Shown piece by piece: positions 8,489 to 20,723 of a DNA stretch of 64,000 nt (position 1 is the stretch's first letter; each line of letters opens with the position of its first letter). A program made the position numbers and the translations under genes. The DNA comes from a virus (taxonomy: Duplodnaviria; Heunggongvirae; Uroviricota; Caudoviricetes): the IMG/VR virus record IMGVR_UViG_2563366895_000001, positions 1 to 64,000 of that record; one strand, given 5' to 3'. Below the pieces are notes generated by a model. The model saw nothing but the letters and a program-made list of their open reading frames with translations, ran no database searches and was not told where the DNA came from.

Positions 8489-9973
8489 TCATTCATTAAG
8501 CCATGCCAGAGCTTCATCAACCTGCGCTTCGTCTTCGACGCTAAGCACTTCATCCTGGGGAACATAATCCGCCAGCATAGCGAAACAATATGTATCCCAA
8601 TGGTCTGGTGAGTGCAGGTTGAGTTTTTTCTTCATATCCTCCTTACTCATCACCTTCCATTGACCTGCGGAGTTAATCCCTACAGGGATTTTCGACGCTT
8701 CCTCAATAGTTTCATTACCCTTATCCAGTCTCATACGACCAGATTTTACGGCCTCTGCGGCTTGAACGTTGGCATAAGCACGTTTATCAAAGTACAGGCT
8801 CTTATCTTCACGGCTATGCATCTTTTTACCCCAGCGTATGCGCTGTACGGTAATACCATAATACTCGTACATCAGATCCGCCGTTGCTTTACCCAGGCCA
8901 TCGCCGTCTATCGCTATGGTGATATTTGGGAATCGCTCAGGATTACATTCTGCGAAAATTTTGGCGGCAAGCTGCGTTTCTGTAACGTCTGTGTATTCCA
9001 GCATTCGATAGTTGATTACACGGCGTTTATTTCGCTGGCCGGACACCATCATGATATTGATAACGGACTTATCCCGTCCTGTACCACCAGCAACGTCCAC
9101 ACATGCAAGCCAGCCCCATCCTTTGGCAATCTTGACTTTCCGCCGCGTCGCACGTTCAACCTCATCACGTCCAAGAAGGAAGCCGTCCTGTGATTTAGGG
9201 AATAGCCCGCGTACCTTAATCATGTACATAGGGTTATCACGCCCGCCGTACTCCGCCAGCTTCATTTTGATAAATGCTGGCGTTACCAGCGGTGATTCCT
9301 CACTGTTAAGCGTGATCGCCGTATAAACGCCATCAGGGTTACCAGGACGCTTGGCCAGTTTATGGTGAGTATCGTAGAAATAGCCGCTTGGGCGTGTAGG
9401 CTGTGACAGTAATAAGATGCGGTTATCCTGTCCGGTAAGAGCACCAGTGATGATACCGAAAGCTCTATCACTGACACCGGAGGCTTCATCGATAATATAC
9501 AGAAGATGATCTGCGTGTTCACCGGCGAGAGCTTCTTCACTTCCCAGACGAAAGCCCTTCGGTACTACAGTCCATACACCTTTACCAGTAACCTCATAGA
9601 AAGCGGTTTCTGTCAGAACAAAATAATCAGCAAGCCATGGAAAACGGCTGGTGGCAGTAGCCCAGTTTATCTTGATGTACTTGAATATACCGGTCATTAC
9701 CTGCTGAATTTTGTTCGCAACGATAATGGCGCGGGCACCGGGATACATGATTATGAACAACATGATCATGATAGAAGTCATGTCTGATTTCCCGGTACCG
9801 TGACCAGACGAAACAGATGTCTTGCTACCCTGTTCCTGCACAGACTCAATAATCAGATCCTGCTGCCAGGTAGGTGTTTTGCCGAACAAAACATCAGCGG
9901 CCGCAATCCAGTCATAACGATATAGCGCCACCAGCTCGCGCCAACGTGGATCCGTTACGCAACTTCTGGCCAT
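8489..9973 (-). CDS. pacB: PacB, terminase large subunit
   Basis: 494-aa ORF whose start overlaps the pacA stop; gene order as in P1. Confidence 0.85.
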   Translation of the reverse strand: MARSCVTDPRWRELVALYRYDWIAAADVLFGKTPTWQQDLIIESVQEQGSKTSVSSGHGTGKSDMTSIMIMLFIIMYPGARAIIVANKIQQVMTGIFKYIKINWATATSRFPWLADYFVLTETAFYEVTGKGVWTVVPKGFRLGSEEALAGEHADHLLYIIDEASGVSDRAFGIITGALTGQDNRILLLSQPTRPSGYFYDTHHKLAKRPGNPDGVYTAITLNSEESPLVTPAFIKMKLAEYGGRDNPMYMIKVRGLFPKSQDGFLLGRDEVERATRRKVKIAKGWGWLACVDVAGGTGRDKSVINIMMVSGQRNKRRVINYRMLEYTDVTETQLAAKIFAECNPERFPNITIAIDGDGLGKATADLMYEYYGITVQRIRWGKKMHSREDKSLYFDKRAYANVQAAEAVKSGRMRLDKGNETIEEASKIPVGINSAGQWKVMSKEDMKKKLNLHSPDHWDTYCFAMLADYVPQDEVLSVEDEAQVDEALAWLNE

Positions 9974-11166
9974 TAATCATCATCCCCGTATAGCTTGCGG
10001 GTAACTTCTTCGTCTTCCTCCTCGTCTTCGTCCAGGTCTTGTTCCAGCCATGGGTCGTTTGATACACCTTCAGTATCAACATCTCCATAACCGCCTGTAT
10101 CAACAATATCGGCGATTTCTTCCCTACGCTGCTCAATCCACAATGCGGCATCGGCGCGGCGGTTGGCGGCCCGTTCTCGCGCAACTTTGTCCAGATCTTC
10201 AAGAGAAGGGCCACCGACGGCTGTTTGCCTTTCCTCATCATCGGTATTGGTCTTAGGAGCACGCAGATCGGCTTTGATTTGCTCCAGCATCAGGGGCGGT
10301 ACTTTCCCTCCATGCGCCTCGATGAATTCAGCTGCCTCCAGCACTGACCAGTTGTTTTCACGCTTTCGTTCGTATGCCAGCTTAACAATGCCAGCTTGCC
10401 CCATAGACAAAGCGTGCTTTTCCGCCTCCCGGCTTTCTTTTCGATAGTTATTCCGGATGCTGTAAATGGTGTTGATCAGGCTGCTTATCTGCGCGGAACA
10501 GCTGTTTAGCATGCTCGCGATACGGTATTCAGGCGGAGTACCTTCATCATCGTCTTTTTGCTGATCGCGCATTTCCTGCACCAGGCGAATACACGTATCC
10601 CTGGCGTTCTCCAGCATAAGGAGATGAGAAAGAGACTTTTCCAGAAGAGTGGTTTCCAGAACATCAGCTCCGGAACGACGCAACATAGCGCGCGCGGCCT
10701 TCCGCGCTTCAACGTTATCTATCAGGTAATCGCCAGCTTCGAATTCAAAGCGTTCACCATCATCATCCAGGGTGTCGCGTTCCAGGCGATCACGTAAGGT
10801 CCGGTGGGCGCGGGTGATCACGTCATGATCATCTGAACGATCATTTATGCGCTTATTTTGGCGCTTCGCGTTCTCGACTGCGGCACTGACAACAGCATTA
10901 ACTCTTTGTTTTTCTGCCATTTCAGCCGCAATATGATCACCTGCATGTTGATCATTAGAGTGATCAATGATCATGCTTTTTAGTGGCTTCCTGACTGGCT
11001 TATTTGGCTTGCGGCTGTCCACAGTCCTGGTGTCTTCTTTGAAGGCACGGAGATAACGACGTGCGGTATTAGGGTTAAGATTAAACTCGGCGGCATACTG
11101 TGCGATGGTGTAACCACCATCTCGCGCCAGGCGAGCAAAATTCTTCTTGTGATCGTCCCAGGTCAC
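9973..11166 (-). CDS. pacA: PacA, terminase small subunit / pac-recognition protein
   Basis: 397-aa ORF with acidic C-terminus; contains the pac site within its coding sequence. Confidence 0.85.
   Translation of the reverse strand: MTWDDHKKNFARLARDGGYTIAQYAAEFNLNPNTARRYLRAFKEDTRTVDSRKPNKPVRKPLKSMIIDHSNDQHAGDHIAAEMAEKQRVNAVVSAAVENAKRQNKRINDRSDDHDVITRAHRTLRDRLERDTLDDDGERFEFEAGDYLIDNVEARKAARAMLRRSGADVLETTLLEKSLSHLLMLENARDTCIRLVQEMRDQQKDDDEGTPPEYRIASMLNSCSAQISSLINTIYSIRNNYRKESREAEKHALSMGQAGIVKLAYERKRENNWSVLEAAEFIEAHGGKVPPLMLEQIKADLRAPKTNTDDEERQTAVGGPSLEDLDKVARERAANRRADAALWIEQRREEIADIVDTGGYGDVDTEGVSNDPWLEQDLDEDEEEDEEVTRKLYGDDD
10815..10973. other. pac: pac packaging site (hexanucleotide TGATCA/G elements with Dam sites)
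   Basis: Seven TGATCA-type hexamers in two clusters (three at 10815-10843, four at 10934-10973) inside pacA, about 5.6 kb from loxP. Confidence 0.75.
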
Positions 11167-11251
11167 TTATGCTTCCTTTCGTAAAAACTCTTTTTGACGC
11201 GAGGGTAACGAAAGTCACATGTCAAAAGGCCCGGAACGGGCAAGCAATCAA

Positions 11252-11704
11252 TCAGATACGTGCGGATGTGGCATTACCGTAATGACGGTGCTGACGGGCC
11301 ACCTTATTGAAAAGTTGACGCGCCATTACCCAAGGCTGGTGCTCCCGGCGTTCCTTTTCGTCCTGCGTCATATAGAGTTCGTTCTGGAGTTTTTCATCAA
11401 ACCGGCGCGGAGCGCGGCTACGGCGAAAGAATTCAGGATTCAGAGAGTGGATCTGAAATCTACGTGGGCGTGTACTGTCATCAATCAAAACAGACGAATA
11501 CTTAGACACAGCGATAGCTTTTAAGCGCAGATAAACATCGCGCTTATCGACATCCAGATGCGGGTATTCCTTTTCAAGAATTGCTGCGAGTTCTTTCGCT
11601 GATAGAAGAGATTTAGTGCGGATCATGTAATCCGCAATCTCGTACGATGTTATTCGTGAGTGATTTATTTCCATGAAGTGGCGTCCCTGCCAGTTAAGTA
11701 ACAT
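11252..11704 (-). CDS. lpa: Lpa, late promoter activator
   Basis: 150-aa ORF adjacent to pacA with a C1 operator just upstream; three structural operons carry a shared promoter motif. Confidence 0.6.
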   Translation of the reverse strand: MLLNWQGRHFMEINHSRITSYEIADYMIRTKSLLSAKELAAILEKEYPHLDVDKRDVYLRLKAIAVSKYSSVLIDDSTRPRRFQIHSLNPEFFRRSRAPRRFDEKLQNELYMTQDEKERREHQPWVMARQLFNKVARQHRHYGNATSARI

Positions 11705-11774
11705 CCTGTCACCTACTGATTAGCCCATGTCAACTAATCAACGTGGAATATAATACACTCGATTAATGAAATAG

Positions 11775-11791
11775 CAATACATTAGAGCAAT
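11775..11791 (-). promoter_or_regulatory. C1 operator upstream of lpa
   Basis: caatacATTAGAGCAAT. Confidence 0.5.
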
Positions 11792-11792
11792 T

Positions 11793-12836
11793 TTATCTAA
11801 CACTCGACGAGTGACTTGTGATAGCGCCGACTCCAAGCGCGTAATCAAAGAACAATCGTTGATGCATCGCCAGCCTACCGTGCGTCTTCTCCCAATTATC
11901 GCGGTCACGCTCAATATCACGCTGGCATGACTGGCACAGAGGAATTGCGTAAATGTCATGCGCGCATAATCGACTATGACGAACGATATAAGGCGTAATG
12001 TGAGCGCCAGCTCCCGCCGCTCCACACCCACAGCATGGACGGGAAGCAACAAAGTCCATGTACTCAGGTAATTTTAGCGATTGCAGTTTTGGTATTTTGA
12101 AATGCGCCATGCCAGGGTCGGAGTCAACATCCACAGGGCATACTTTTGCACGCATCGGCGCGGCGCGTTCTTCCATCATCTGAACATATGCTGTAGCGCG
12201 ATCGTCATACGGGCGAATATCCGCCTCTTTCAGAGGTCCGCTATCCTGCGTTGCGGCTTTCATCTTATTTATTGATATACGGCAAACTTCTTCCGGCATC
12301 AGGTGCATCATGTTGCGCATGAAAGCCCACCAGCACAGTTCCTGAATACTTAAATCATGGCCATCTGAAAGCCCCATTTCCTGACGGGCGACATCCAGTA
12401 TCCAGTTAACGCGATTATTATGCAGCGTTTCTTTCAGCTCATTAAAACCACGCATCCGGTAATGGTTATCGTGATGCCAGCACAACAACACCGCGCTCTT
12501 GTCTCGTTCAGCGTGGACAATATGGTTGTCACACCAACTACGATCTGCGGCCTGGCATTGCCCCTCTTTCCTGCGCAACCACGCCACCAGCGCGTCAATT
12601 CCACCAATACGGCGAAACAGTTCATCGCTGTTAAAAAACGGCTGCAACGCCTCATTTGTTGCCATAGTTTGCTCGGAAAAAACGAGGCCGTCGTCCATGT
12701 GCTCGATTAACTCACGCGGCACCGGCTCCATAATAAATTTACGGCCAGCCTCCACCAGCTTTCTGACTTCCTGATCCACTTTGAATGTGGCGACGCCAAG
12801 CTCTTTTTGTACAAAGGGAGTAATTACGGCTTTCAC
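11793..12836 (-). CDS. Cysteine-rich protein (PdcB-like, post-doc position)
   Basis: 347-aa ORF; C-terminal cysteine clusters CCGCG...CAHD...CQSCQ. Confidence 0.5.
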   Translation of the reverse strand: MKAVITPFVQKELGVATFKVDQEVRKLVEAGRKFIMEPVPRELIEHMDDGLVFSEQTMATNEALQPFFNSDELFRRIGGIDALVAWLRRKEGQCQAADRSWCDNHIVHAERDKSAVLLCWHHDNHYRMRGFNELKETLHNNRVNWILDVARQEMGLSDGHDLSIQELCWWAFMRNMMHLMPEEVCRISINKMKAATQDSGPLKEADIRPYDDRATAYVQMMEERAAPMRAKVCPVDVDSDPGMAHFKIPKLQSLKLPEYMDFVASRPCCGCGAAGAGAHITPYIVRHSRLCAHDIYAIPLCQSCQRDIERDRDNWEKTHGRLAMHQRLFFDYALGVGAITSHSSSVR

Positions 12837-12863
12837 ATCACACCTTTCATCACTGATTGGGCT

Positions 12864-13064
12864 TTATCTGCTGCCCGGCATTCTCTGTTTAAGCACAACC
12901 ATTTCCTGACGGCATAACACAGCAATAGCGGTCCTGACACCAACTTGCTTACCAACCAGGTATTGCTTTACCTCGCGGCGACTCACGCCATCAAGAAGCA
13001 TCTTTAACGCTTCACGGGACAATTTGTTGTATTTGCGTGCCATTAATCTACTCCGCAGAACCAT
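12864..13064 (-). CDS. Small ORF downstream of doc (start uncertain)
   Basis: 66-aa track ORF overlapping the doc 3' end. Confidence 0.3.
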   Translation of the reverse strand: MVLRSRLMARKYNKLSREALKMLLDGVSRREVKQYLVGKQVGVRTAIAVLCRQEMVVLKQRMPGSR

Positions 13065-13428
13065 ACAATCTACGTAACGTGTCGGCGACAGAAGATACAG
13101 ATATCTCGCCAGTCGCAGCGCCTACAGTAAGGTCTGCCAGTTCAGGTGAATCAAATACCTGCACCCCGTTACGGCGTAGAAATAGCAGCGCACTGTTTAG
13201 CGCGGTACGCTTATTGGCATCATTGAATATATGCCCTCTCGCTGTAGCCACCAGGTAGGTGGCGGAGACTTCGAAAAGGTCGGTGATCTCTTCGTAGGCA
13301 ACTCTGGCCTGAACTCTCCCGATAATGGCCTCTGCCCTACCCGGATCTGACATTCCCGGCAGGCCGCCGTAGCGGTTTATATTCGCATCATGAAGCGCAA
13401 TAAGTTCTTCCGGTGATATATGCCTCAT
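13048..13428 (-). CDS. doc: Doc toxin (Fic-fold kinase, death on curing)
   Basis: 126 aa, [39 protein letters not shown]... with Fic-type motif [12 protein letters not shown]; start overlaps the phd stop. Confidence 0.95.
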   Translation of the reverse strand: MRHISPEELIALHDANINRYGGLPGMSDPGRAEAIIGRVQARVAYEEITDLFEVSATYLVATARGHIFNDANKRTALNSALLFLRRNGVQVFDSPELADLTVGAATGEISVSSVADTLRRLYGSAE

Positions 13429-13649
13429 TATCGGTTAACCAGTTCCTTGTTGGTGGAGTCCAGGGTGTCAAACAGGGATGCAAATTCAGCATCCAGCGCC
13501 GCTTTTTTGTAGGCTTCGAAAGTAGCCTTGCTGACAATTACTGCTGGCTCACGGCCTCTGCGGGTGATTTCAACCTCTTCCCCGGCCTCAACATTGTTGA
13601 GCACTTCAGAAAGGTTGCCGCGCGCGGTACGGAAGTTAATGGATTGCAT
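13428..13649 (-). CDS. phd: Phd antitoxin
   Basis: 73 aa from the ATG at 13649 ([28 protein letters not shown]...); the track start at 13655 is a GTG. Confidence 0.9.
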   Translation of the reverse strand: MQSINFRTARGNLSEVLNNVEAGEEVEITRRGREPAVIVSKATFEAYKKAALDAEFASLFDTLDSTNKELVNR

Positions 13650-13655
13650 AAACAC

Positions 13656-13682
13656 CTCGTGTACTTGTTATGTGTACACAAT
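13656..13682 (-). promoter_or_regulatory. phd-doc promoter/operator with GTGTAC palindromes
   Basis: Minus strand tgtGTGTACACataacaaGTACACg directly upstream of phd. Confidence 0.4.
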
Positions 13683-13825
13683 TATAAACTTCACAGGCAT
13701 AAAGCGCCAGCACTTTGCGGCTTAACAAAACTCTAGGCAGGTCATTCATAGCCTAATGTCCGAACTGTTAAAGCCACCAAGTTGTTGTAGAATCACATCC
13801 AATTACATAAGCCTGAAATAAGTGG

Positions 13826-15388
13826 ATGAAAATGACAAGTATTCAACAACGTGCAGAGCTTCATCGTCAAATCTGGCAAATTGCTAACGATGTCAGGGGT
13901 TCGGTCGATGGATGGGATTTTAAGCAATACGTTCTGGGCGCACTTTTCTACCGTTTTATCAGCGAAAATTTTTCCAGCTATATTGAAGCCGGTGATGACA
14001 GTATCTGTTATGCGAAACTGGATGACAGCGTAATTACTGATGACATTAAAGACGATGCCATCAAAACTAAAGGCTACTTCATCTACCCCAGTCAGCTTTT
14101 CTGCAACGTAGCTGCGAAAGCAAATACCAATGACAGACTGAATGCAGATTTAAACAGTATCTTCGTTGCTATCGAAAGTTCTGCTTACGGTTATCCTTCA
14201 GAAGCTGACATCAAAGGTTTGTTTGCTGATTTCGATACCACCAGTAACCGCCTGGGTAACACCGTTAAAGATAAAAATGCCCGCCTGGCTGCGGTTCTGA
14301 AAGGGGTTGAAGGGTTAAAACTTGGTGACTTCAACGAACATCAGATTGACCTGTTCGGTGATGCCTATGAGTTCCTGATCTCTAACTATGCGGCAAATGC
14401 CGGTAAGTCAGGCGGCGAGTTCTTTACACCGCAGCACGTTTCTAAGCTGATTGCACAACTGGCTATGCACGGGCAGACCCACGTTAACAAAATCTACGAC
14501 CCGGCAGCAGGCTCCGGTTCGCTGTTGTTGCAGGCTAAAAAACAGTTTGATGACCATATCATCGAAGAAGGTTTTTTTGGTCAGGAAATCAACCATACGA
14601 CCTATAACCTGGCGCGTATGAACATGTTTTTGCACAACATCAACTACGACAAGTTTGATATCAAGCTGGGCAATACGCTGACTGAGCCGCACTTCAGAGA
14701 TGAAAAACCGTTTGATGCCATCGTTTCTAACCCGCCGTATTCGGTGAAATGGATTGGCAGCGATGACCCGACGCTGATTAACGATGAACGTTTTGCCCCG
14801 GCTGGCGTTCTGGCCCCCAAATCCAAAGCTGACTTTGCGTTTGTATTACATGCGCTGAACTATCTTTCTGCCAAAGGTCGTGCTGCGATTGTCTGCTTCC
14901 CGGGCATTTTTTACCGTGGCGGCGCAGAGCAGAAAATCCGTCAGTATCTGGTCGATAATAACTATGTCGAAACCGTAATTTCACTGGCACCGAACCTGTT
15001 CTTTGGCACCACCATTGCCGTAAACATTCTGGTTCTGTCTAAACATAAAACGGATACCAACGTTCAGTTTATTGACGCCAGCGAACTGTTCAAAAAAGAG
15101 ACTAACAACAATATCCTGACCGATGCCCATATCGAACAGATTATGCAGGTATTTGCCAGCAAGGAAGATGTTGCTCATCTGGCGAAATCTGTCGCGTTCG
15201 AAGCCGTTGTCGCGAATAACTATAACCTGTCGGTGAGCAGCTATGTAGAATCGAAAGATAACCGCGAAATTATCGATATTGCTGAGCTGAATGCGGAACT
15301 GAAAACCACGGTCAGCAAAATCAACCAGTTGCGTAAAGATATTGATGCGATTGTGGCTGAAATTGAGGGCTGCGAGGTGCAGAAATGA
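13826..15388 (+). CDS. hsdM: Type I restriction-modification methyltransferase subunit HsdM
   Basis: 520 aa; N6-adenine MTase motifs [10 protein letters not shown] (motif I) and VSNPPYS (motif IV). Confidence 0.92.
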   Translation: MKMTSIQQRAELHRQIWQIANDVRGSVDGWDFKQYVLGALFYRFISENFSSYIEAGDDSICYAKLDDSVITDDIKDDAIKTKGYFIYPSQLFCNVAAKANTNDRLNADLNSIFVAIESSAYGYPSEADIKGLFADFDTTSNRLGNTVKDKNARLAAVLKGVEGLKLGDFNEHQIDLFGDAYEFLISNYAANAGKSGGEFFTPQHVSKLIAQLAMHGQTHVNKIYDPAAGSGSLLLQAKKQFDDHIIEEGFFGQEINHTTYNLARMNMFLHNINYDKFDIKLGNTLTEPHFRDEKPFDAIVSNPPYSVKWIGSDDPTLINDERFAPAGVLAPKSKADFAFVLHALNYLSAKGRAAIVCFPGIFYRGGAEQKIRQYLVDNNYVETVISLAPNLFFGTTIAVNILVLSKHKTDTNVQFIDASELFKKETNNNILTDAHIEQIMQVFASKEDVAHLAKSVAFEAVVANNYNLSVSSYVESKDNREIIDIAELNAELKTTVSKINQLRKDIDAIVAEIEGCEVQK

Positions 15389-16641
15389 GCGAGTTAAGTT
15401 ATCTGGAAAAATTGCTGGATGGGGTTGAGGTTGAGTGGAAACCCTTGAAGGATGTTTGTGATTTTAAAAATGGATTTGCATTTAAAAGCAGCTTATTTAA
15501 AGAAACTGGGTTACCGATAGTTAGAATCACAAATATAGATGGATTTAATGTTGACTTAGATGAGGTGAAATACTTTTCACTAAATGATTACAAGGAAGAT
15601 TTATCCTCCTTTGAGGTATCTATGGGAAATATATTGATTGCAATGTCAGGTGCCACTACAGGAAAAGTGGGAATTTATAAAAAAGGAACAAAATGTTATC
15701 TTAACCAACGGGTTGGGAAATTCATACCCAAAGAAAATATTCTAAACAATAATTATTTATACCATTTTTTATTGTTAAATACAGAGACTATTTATATCCT
15801 CGCCGGGGGCGGAGCACAACCGAATCTAAGCTCAAATGCATTGATGTCAAAACTACTCATCCCAATTCCCTGCCCGGATAATCCGGAAAAATCCCTTGCC
15901 ATCCAGTCTGAAATCGTTCGAATTCTGGATAAATTTACTGCACTTACCGCTGAGCTTACCGCTGAGCTTAACATGCGTAAAAAACAGTACAACTACTATC
16001 GCGACCAGTTGTTGAGTTTTAAAGAGGGTGAGGTTGAGTGGAAGACTTTGGGGGAAATTGGGAATTTTACCCGAGGTAAACGTTTTGTTAAAACAGATAT
16101 GCTTTCTGAAGGTTATCCATGTATTCATTATGGAGAAATGTATACTTATTACAACGTATGGACAAATAAAACAAAGTCATTTGTTAGCCAAGAACTGGCA
16201 AGTAAATTAAGAGTTTCAGAGTATGGTGATGTGATAATTGTTGCTGCCGGGGAAACAATTGAAGATATAGGAAAAGGAACAGCCTGGTTGGGTAAATCAA
16301 ATGTTGTTTTTCATGATGCTTGCTTTTCATACAGATGCTTACTAAACCCTAAATATATTGCATACTTTACTCGAACAAAAATATTCCATGATCAAATAAA
16401 AAAACACATATCTTCAGGAAAGATATCCGCAATTAACGCAAATGGGTTATCCAAGGTAAAAATACCTATGCTTTCAGCGAAGGAACAAGCTCGCATTGTC
16501 GAAATACTCGATAAATTCGACACCCTGACCAACTCCATCACCGAAGGTCTCCCGCGTGAAATTGAGTTGCGCCAGAAACAATACGAATACTACCGTGATT
16601 TACTGTTCAGTTTCCCGAAACCTGAAACTGTCAGTAATTAA
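15385..16641 (+). CDS. hsdS: Type I (IC-family) specificity subunit HsdS
   Basis: 418 aa; two target-recognition domains each followed by a conserved helix ([26 protein letters not shown] and [19 protein letters not shown]); start overlaps the hsdM stop. Confidence 0.9.
   Translation: MSELSYLEKLLDGVEVEWKPLKDVCDFKNGFAFKSSLFKETGLPIVRITNIDGFNVDLDEVKYFSLNDYKEDLSSFEVSMGNILIAMSGATTGKVGIYKKGTKCYLNQRVGKFIPKENILNNNYLYHFLLLNTETIYILAGGGAQPNLSSNALMSKLLIPIPCPDNPEKSLAIQSEIVRILDKFTALTAELTAELNMRKKQYNYYRDQLLSFKEGEVEWKTLGEIGNFTRGKRFVKTDMLSEGYPCIHYGEMYTYYNVWTNKTKSFVSQELASKLRVSEYGDVIIVAAGETIEDIGKGTAWLGKSNVVFHDACFSYRCLLNPKYIAYFTRTKIFHDQIKKHISSGKISAINANGLSKVKIPMLSAKEQARIVEILDKFDTLTNSITEGLPREIELRQKQYEYYRDLLFSFPKPETVSN
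15943..15968 (+). repeat. Tandem 12-bp repeat (CTTACCGCTGAG x2) encoding the TAEL-TAEL spacer of HsdS
   Basis: Direct tandem duplication in the central conserved region of hsdS. Confidence 0.75.
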
Positions 16642-16762
16642 TTGACCATTGCTACCGATCGGGCCACCTTAACACCCGGTCAGTATATAGACTATTTTTT
16701 ACGCGCCGGAAGTCACTCTTAACGCCCTTCCGGCTCTTGCCAGGCGGCACAAAGGATGCGCT

Positions 16763-19700
16763 ATGACTCATCAAACACACACCATTGCTGAATCCAATAA
16801 CTTTATCGTCCTTGATAAGTACATCAAAGCTGAGCAAACAAGCGACAGCTACCAGAGCGAATCGGACCTGGAACGTGAACTGATTCAGGACCTGCGGAAT
16901 CAGGGTTATGAATTTATTTCCGTAAAATCACAGTCGGCAATGCTGTCTAATGTTCGGGAACAGCTTCAGAGCCTCAATGGTGTGATGTTTAATGACAGCG
17001 AGTGGCGGCGCTTCACGGAGCAGTATCTGGACAACCCCAGCGATGGTATTCTGGATAAAACCCGTAAAATCCATATCGACTATATCTGCGACTTTATTTT
17101 TGACGACGGGCGACTTGAGAACATCTATTTGATAGATAAAAAGAATCTCATGCGCAATAAGGTGCAGATTATCCAGCAGTTTGAACAGACGGGTTCTCAT
17201 GCTAACCGTTATGACGTCACGATCCTGGTTAATGGTTTACCGCTGGTGCAAATCGAACTAAAAAAACGCGGGGTGGCGATTCGTGAGGCTTTCAACCAGA
17301 TACATCGTTACAGTAAAGAGAGTTTTAACAGCGAAAATTCCCTGTTTAAGTATCTGCAACTGTTTGTCATTTCTAACGGCACCGATACCCGTTATTTTGC
17401 CAACACGACAAAGCGCGATAAAAACAGTTTTGACTTCACCATGAATTGGGCGAAATCAGACAACACGCTGATTAAAGACCTCAAAGACTTTACCGCTACC
17501 TTTTTCCAGAAACATACTCTGCTGAATGTTCTGGTGAACTACAGCGTTTTTGACAGTAGTCAGACGCTACTGGTGATGCGACCGTACCAGATTGCCGCCA
17601 CCGAGCGCATTCTGTGGAAAATTAAGAGTTCCTTTACAGCGAAGAACTGGTCAAAACCGGAAAGCGGTGGGTATATCTGGCACACTACCGGTTCTGGTAA
17701 AACCCTCACCAGCTTTAAAGCCGCGCGTCTGGCAACAGAGCTGGACTTTATTGATAAAGTCTTCTTTGTGGTCGACAGGAAAGACCTCGATTACCAGACC
17801 ATGAAGGAATATCAGCGTTTTTCGCCAGACAGCGTCAACGGCTCGGAAAATACCGCAGGCCTTAAACGAAATCTGGATAAGGACGATAACAAAATTATCG
17901 TCACTACTATTCAGAAACTCAATAACCTGATGAAAGCAGAAAGCGACCTGCCTGTATATAATCAGCAAGTGGTGTTTATATTTGATGAATGCCACCGCAG
18001 CCAGTTTGGAGAAGCGCAGAAAAACCTGAAGAAGAAATTCAAACGCTATTATCAGTTTGGTTTTACCGGCACCCCTATTTTCCCGGAAAACGCCTTAGGC
18101 TCAGAAACAACCGCCAGCGTATTTGGTCGTGAATTGCATTCGTATGTAATTACCGATGCGATTCGTGACGAAAAAGTGCTCAAATTCAAGGTGGACTACA
18201 ACGATGTGCGACCACAGTTTAAGTCTTTAGAGACAGAAACTGACGAGAAAAAACTAAGTGCGGCTGAAAATCAGCAGGCGTTTCTTCATCCCATGCGTAT
18301 TCAGGAAATCACGCAATATATTCTGAATAATTTCCGCCAGAAAACCCACCGTACCTTCCCTGGCTCAAAAGGTTTTAATGCTATGTTGGCAGTGAGCAGC
18401 GTGGATGCCGCGAAAGCCTATTATGCGACGTTTAAACGGTTACAAGAAGAAGCCGCTAATAAATCGGCTACCTATAAACCGCTGCGTATTGCGACAATCT
18501 TCTCCTTTGCCGCCAATGAAGAACAAAATGCCATTGGTGAAATTTCCGATGAAACTTTTGATACCAGCGCAATGGACAGCAGTGCTAAAGAGTTTCTGGA
18601 CGCTGCAATTCGTGAATATAACAGCCATTTTAAAACTAACTTTAGCACCGACAGTAACGGTTTTCAGAACTACTATCGTGATTTAGCCCAACGGGTTAAA
18701 AATCAGGATATCGATCTGTTAATTGTCGTGGGAATGTTTTTAACCGGCTTCGATGCTCCAACATTAAACACGCTATTCGTCGATAAAAACTTGCGTTTTC
18801 ACGGCCTGATGCAGGCATTCTCCCGCACCAACCGCATTTATGACTCGACTAAAACCTTCGGTAATATCGTCACGTTCCGGGATCTGGAACGCTCAACCAT
18901 TGATGCCATAACGCTGTTTGGTGACAAAAATACCAAAAATGTGGTTTTAGAAAAGAGTTATGCAGAGTATATGGAAGGCTTTACTGATGCTGCCACTGGT
19001 GAAGCTAAACGCGGCTTCATGACAGTAGTTTCAGAACTGGAACAACGGTTCCCTGACCCTACCAGTATTGAAAGTGAAAAAGAGAAGAAAGACTTCGTTA
19101 AACTGTTTGGCGAATACCTGCGTGCCGAGAACATCCTGCAAAACTATGATGAATTTGCCACGCTAAAAGCCCTGCAACAAATCGATCTTAGCGATCCTGT
19201 TGCGGTAGAAAAATTCAAAGCAGAACATTATGTGGATGATGAAAAGTTCGCTGAATTGCAAACAATTCGTCTCCCTGCTGAACGCAAGATTCAGGATTAT
19301 CGTTCTGCCTATAACGATATTCGCGACTGGCAGCGCCGTGAGAAAGAAGCTGAGAAAAAAGAGAAATCAACCACTGACTGGGATGACGTGGTTTTTGAGG
19401 TCGATTTGCTGAAGTCTCAGGAAATAAACCTGGATTATATCCTTGGACTGATTTTCGAACACAACAGACAAAATAAAGGCAAGGGCGAAATGATCGAAGA
19501 GGTCAAGCGCTTAATTCGTTCAAGCCTGGGGAACCGGGCGAAAGAGGGCCTGGTGGTCGATTTTATTCAGCAAACGAACCTGGATGATTTACCAGACAAA
19601 GCCAGTATCATTGAGGCATTCTTTACGTTTGCTCAACGCGAACAGCAACGTGAAGCAGAAGCATTGATCAAAGAAGAAAATCTCAATGAAGATGCAGCAA

Positions 19701-19879
19701 AACGCTATATTCGCACGTCTTTAAAACGCGAATACGCCACCGAAAATGGCACAGAATTAAACGAAACATTACCAAAACTTAGTCCGTTGAATCCGCAATA
19801 TAAAACGAAAAAACAGGCAGTTTTCCAGAAAATCGTCTCGTTTATTGAGAAGTTTAAAGGCGTAGGCGGAAAAATATAG
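16763..19879 (+). CDS. hsdR: Type I restriction endonuclease/translocase subunit HsdR
   Basis: 1038 aa; superfamily-2 helicase motifs (HTTGSGKT Walker A, DECH box) and N-terminal nuclease region. Confidence 0.92.
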   Translation: MTHQTHTIAESNNFIVLDKYIKAEQTSDSYQSESDLERELIQDLRNQGYEFISVKSQSAMLSNVREQLQSLNGVMFNDSEWRRFTEQYLDNPSDGILDKTRKIHIDYICDFIFDDGRLENIYLIDKKNLMRNKVQIIQQFEQTGSHANRYDVTILVNGLPLVQIELKKRGVAIREAFNQIHRYSKESFNSENSLFKYLQLFVISNGTDTRYFANTTKRDKNSFDFTMNWAKSDNTLIKDLKDFTATFFQKHTLLNVLVNYSVFDSSQTLLVMRPYQIAATERILWKIKSSFTAKNWSKPESGGYIWHTTGSGKTLTSFKAARLATELDFIDKVFFVVDRKDLDYQTMKEYQRFSPDSVNGSENTAGLKRNLDKDDNKIIVTTIQKLNNLMKAESDLPVYNQQVVFIFDECHRSQFGEAQKNLKKKFKRYYQFGFTGTPIFPENALGSETTASVFGRELHSYVITDAIRDEKVLKFKVDYNDVRPQFKSLETETDEKKLSAAENQQAFLHPMRIQEITQYILNNFRQKTHRTFPGSKGFNAMLAVSSVDAAKAYYATFKRLQEEAANKSATYKPLRIATIFSFAANEEQNAIGEISDETFDTSAMDSSAKEFLDAAIREYNSHFKTNFSTDSNGFQNYYRDLAQRVKNQDIDLLIVVGMFLTGFDAPTLNTLFVDKNLRFHGLMQAFSRTNRIYDSTKTFGNIVTFRDLERSTIDAITLFGDKNTKNVVLEKSYAEYMEGFTDAATGEAKRGFMTVVSELEQRFPDPTSIESEKEKKDFVKLFGEYLRAENILQNYDEFATLKALQQIDLSDPVAVEKFKAEHYVDDEKFAELQTIRLPAERKIQDYRSAYNDIRDWQRREKEAEKKEKSTTDWDDVVFEVDLLKSQEINLDYILGLIFEHNRQNKGKGEMIEEVKRLIRSSLGNRAKEGLVVDFIQQTNLDDLPDKASIIEAFFTFAQREQQREAEALIKEENLNEDAAKRYIRTSLKREYATENGTELNETLPKLSPLNPQYKTKKQAVFQKIVSFIEKFKGVGGKI

Positions 19880-19892
19880 CCCAATTCGTGTT

Positions 19893-19925
19893 TTTCTTGC
19901 GGGTTCTTAATTAAACCCGCAAGAG
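19893..19925. terminator. 11-bp-stem inverted repeat downstream of hsdR
   Basis: tcttgcgggtt-cttaattaa-aacccgcaaga; no clean U-tract. Confidence 0.3.
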
Positions 19926-19958
19926 CTCGTGGGGTTCCAAATGGCTAATATACTCCCC

Positions 19959-20045
19959 TTACCCATGCGCGACGATGCCGCCAAAAGTGATAGAGAACAG
20001 CCAGAAATAGATCGCGGCCATAATGATTTTGAATGCCGTGTTCAT
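19959..20045 (-). CDS. Small hydrophobic peptide (28 aa), candidate membrane peptide
   Basis: ATG preceded by AGGAG at 7-nt spacing; MNTAFKIIMAAIYFWLFSITFGGIVAHG; below the 60-aa track cut-off. Confidence 0.25.
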   Translation of the reverse strand: MNTAFKIIMAAIYFWLFSITFGGIVAHG

Positions 20046-20127
20046 ATTTTCAGCTCCTGTGATTGATTGGATACATGCCGCGCCTTGCGGCATGTTTTTA
20101 TTTTCACTTTCTCTGTTTTAAAAATCA

Positions 20128-20144
20128 AGATTTATTAGAGCAAT
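20128..20144 (-). promoter_or_regulatory. C1 operator
   Basis: agATTTATTAGAGCAAT, 16 of 17. Confidence 0.55.
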
Positions 20145-20650
20145 TATTGTTGATGAAGAAGCGCATTTTCGTACTCTCTGACCATTAACGTAAGCACGCC
20201 GTGATGCCTGAAAACACGCGCTACTTCAATCTTATCTTCCAGCGCGAACGCAATTTTACTTAGACCAATTTTCTTAAGGAGATCAATCTTTGCTGGACCA
20301 TCATTTCTGTCATCGGTGGCAGGACGCATAGATAGCAAAGGCTCAGCCCCATTTGTTACGTGCTTACGCAACCAGGCTCGTGTTTTATCCCTGGCTATCT
20401 CACAGCGCCCGGTTACAAACCAGAGCGTGTAAATGCTGGACAACTGGCGCACCATATCAATAACTGGAGTGATGGGAGCATCAGTGTCACAGGCAAGGTT
20501 AAACTCGTTCCAGTGCTCTGTTAATGCACCTTTGCCAGGTGGTGGAAGTAAATGCAACCTGTCTTCCGTTGCCTCTGATATCGTCCCATCAATATCTACT
20601 ATGACGATGTACGGACGTTCCTGGTGTGCGTGTTTATTGTAAATACTCAA
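20144..20650 (-). CDS. HAD-superfamily phosphatase (Pap-like)
   Basis: 168 aa; motif I IVIVDIDGT near the N-terminus. Confidence 0.55.
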   Translation of the reverse strand: MSIYNKHAHQERPYIVIVDIDGTISEATEDRLHLLPPPGKGALTEHWNEFNLACDTDAPITPVIDMVRQLSSIYTLWFVTGRCEIARDKTRAWLRKHVTNGAEPLLSMRPATDDRNDGPAKIDLLKKIGLSKIAFALEDKIEVARVFRHHGVLTLMVREYENALLHQQ

Positions 20651-20723
20651 ATGCCCTCCTCATTGGACGAAAAAAAATGCTGGTGGGCGCACTCCACCAG
20701 CATTAAAAGTGACACTGTAACCA

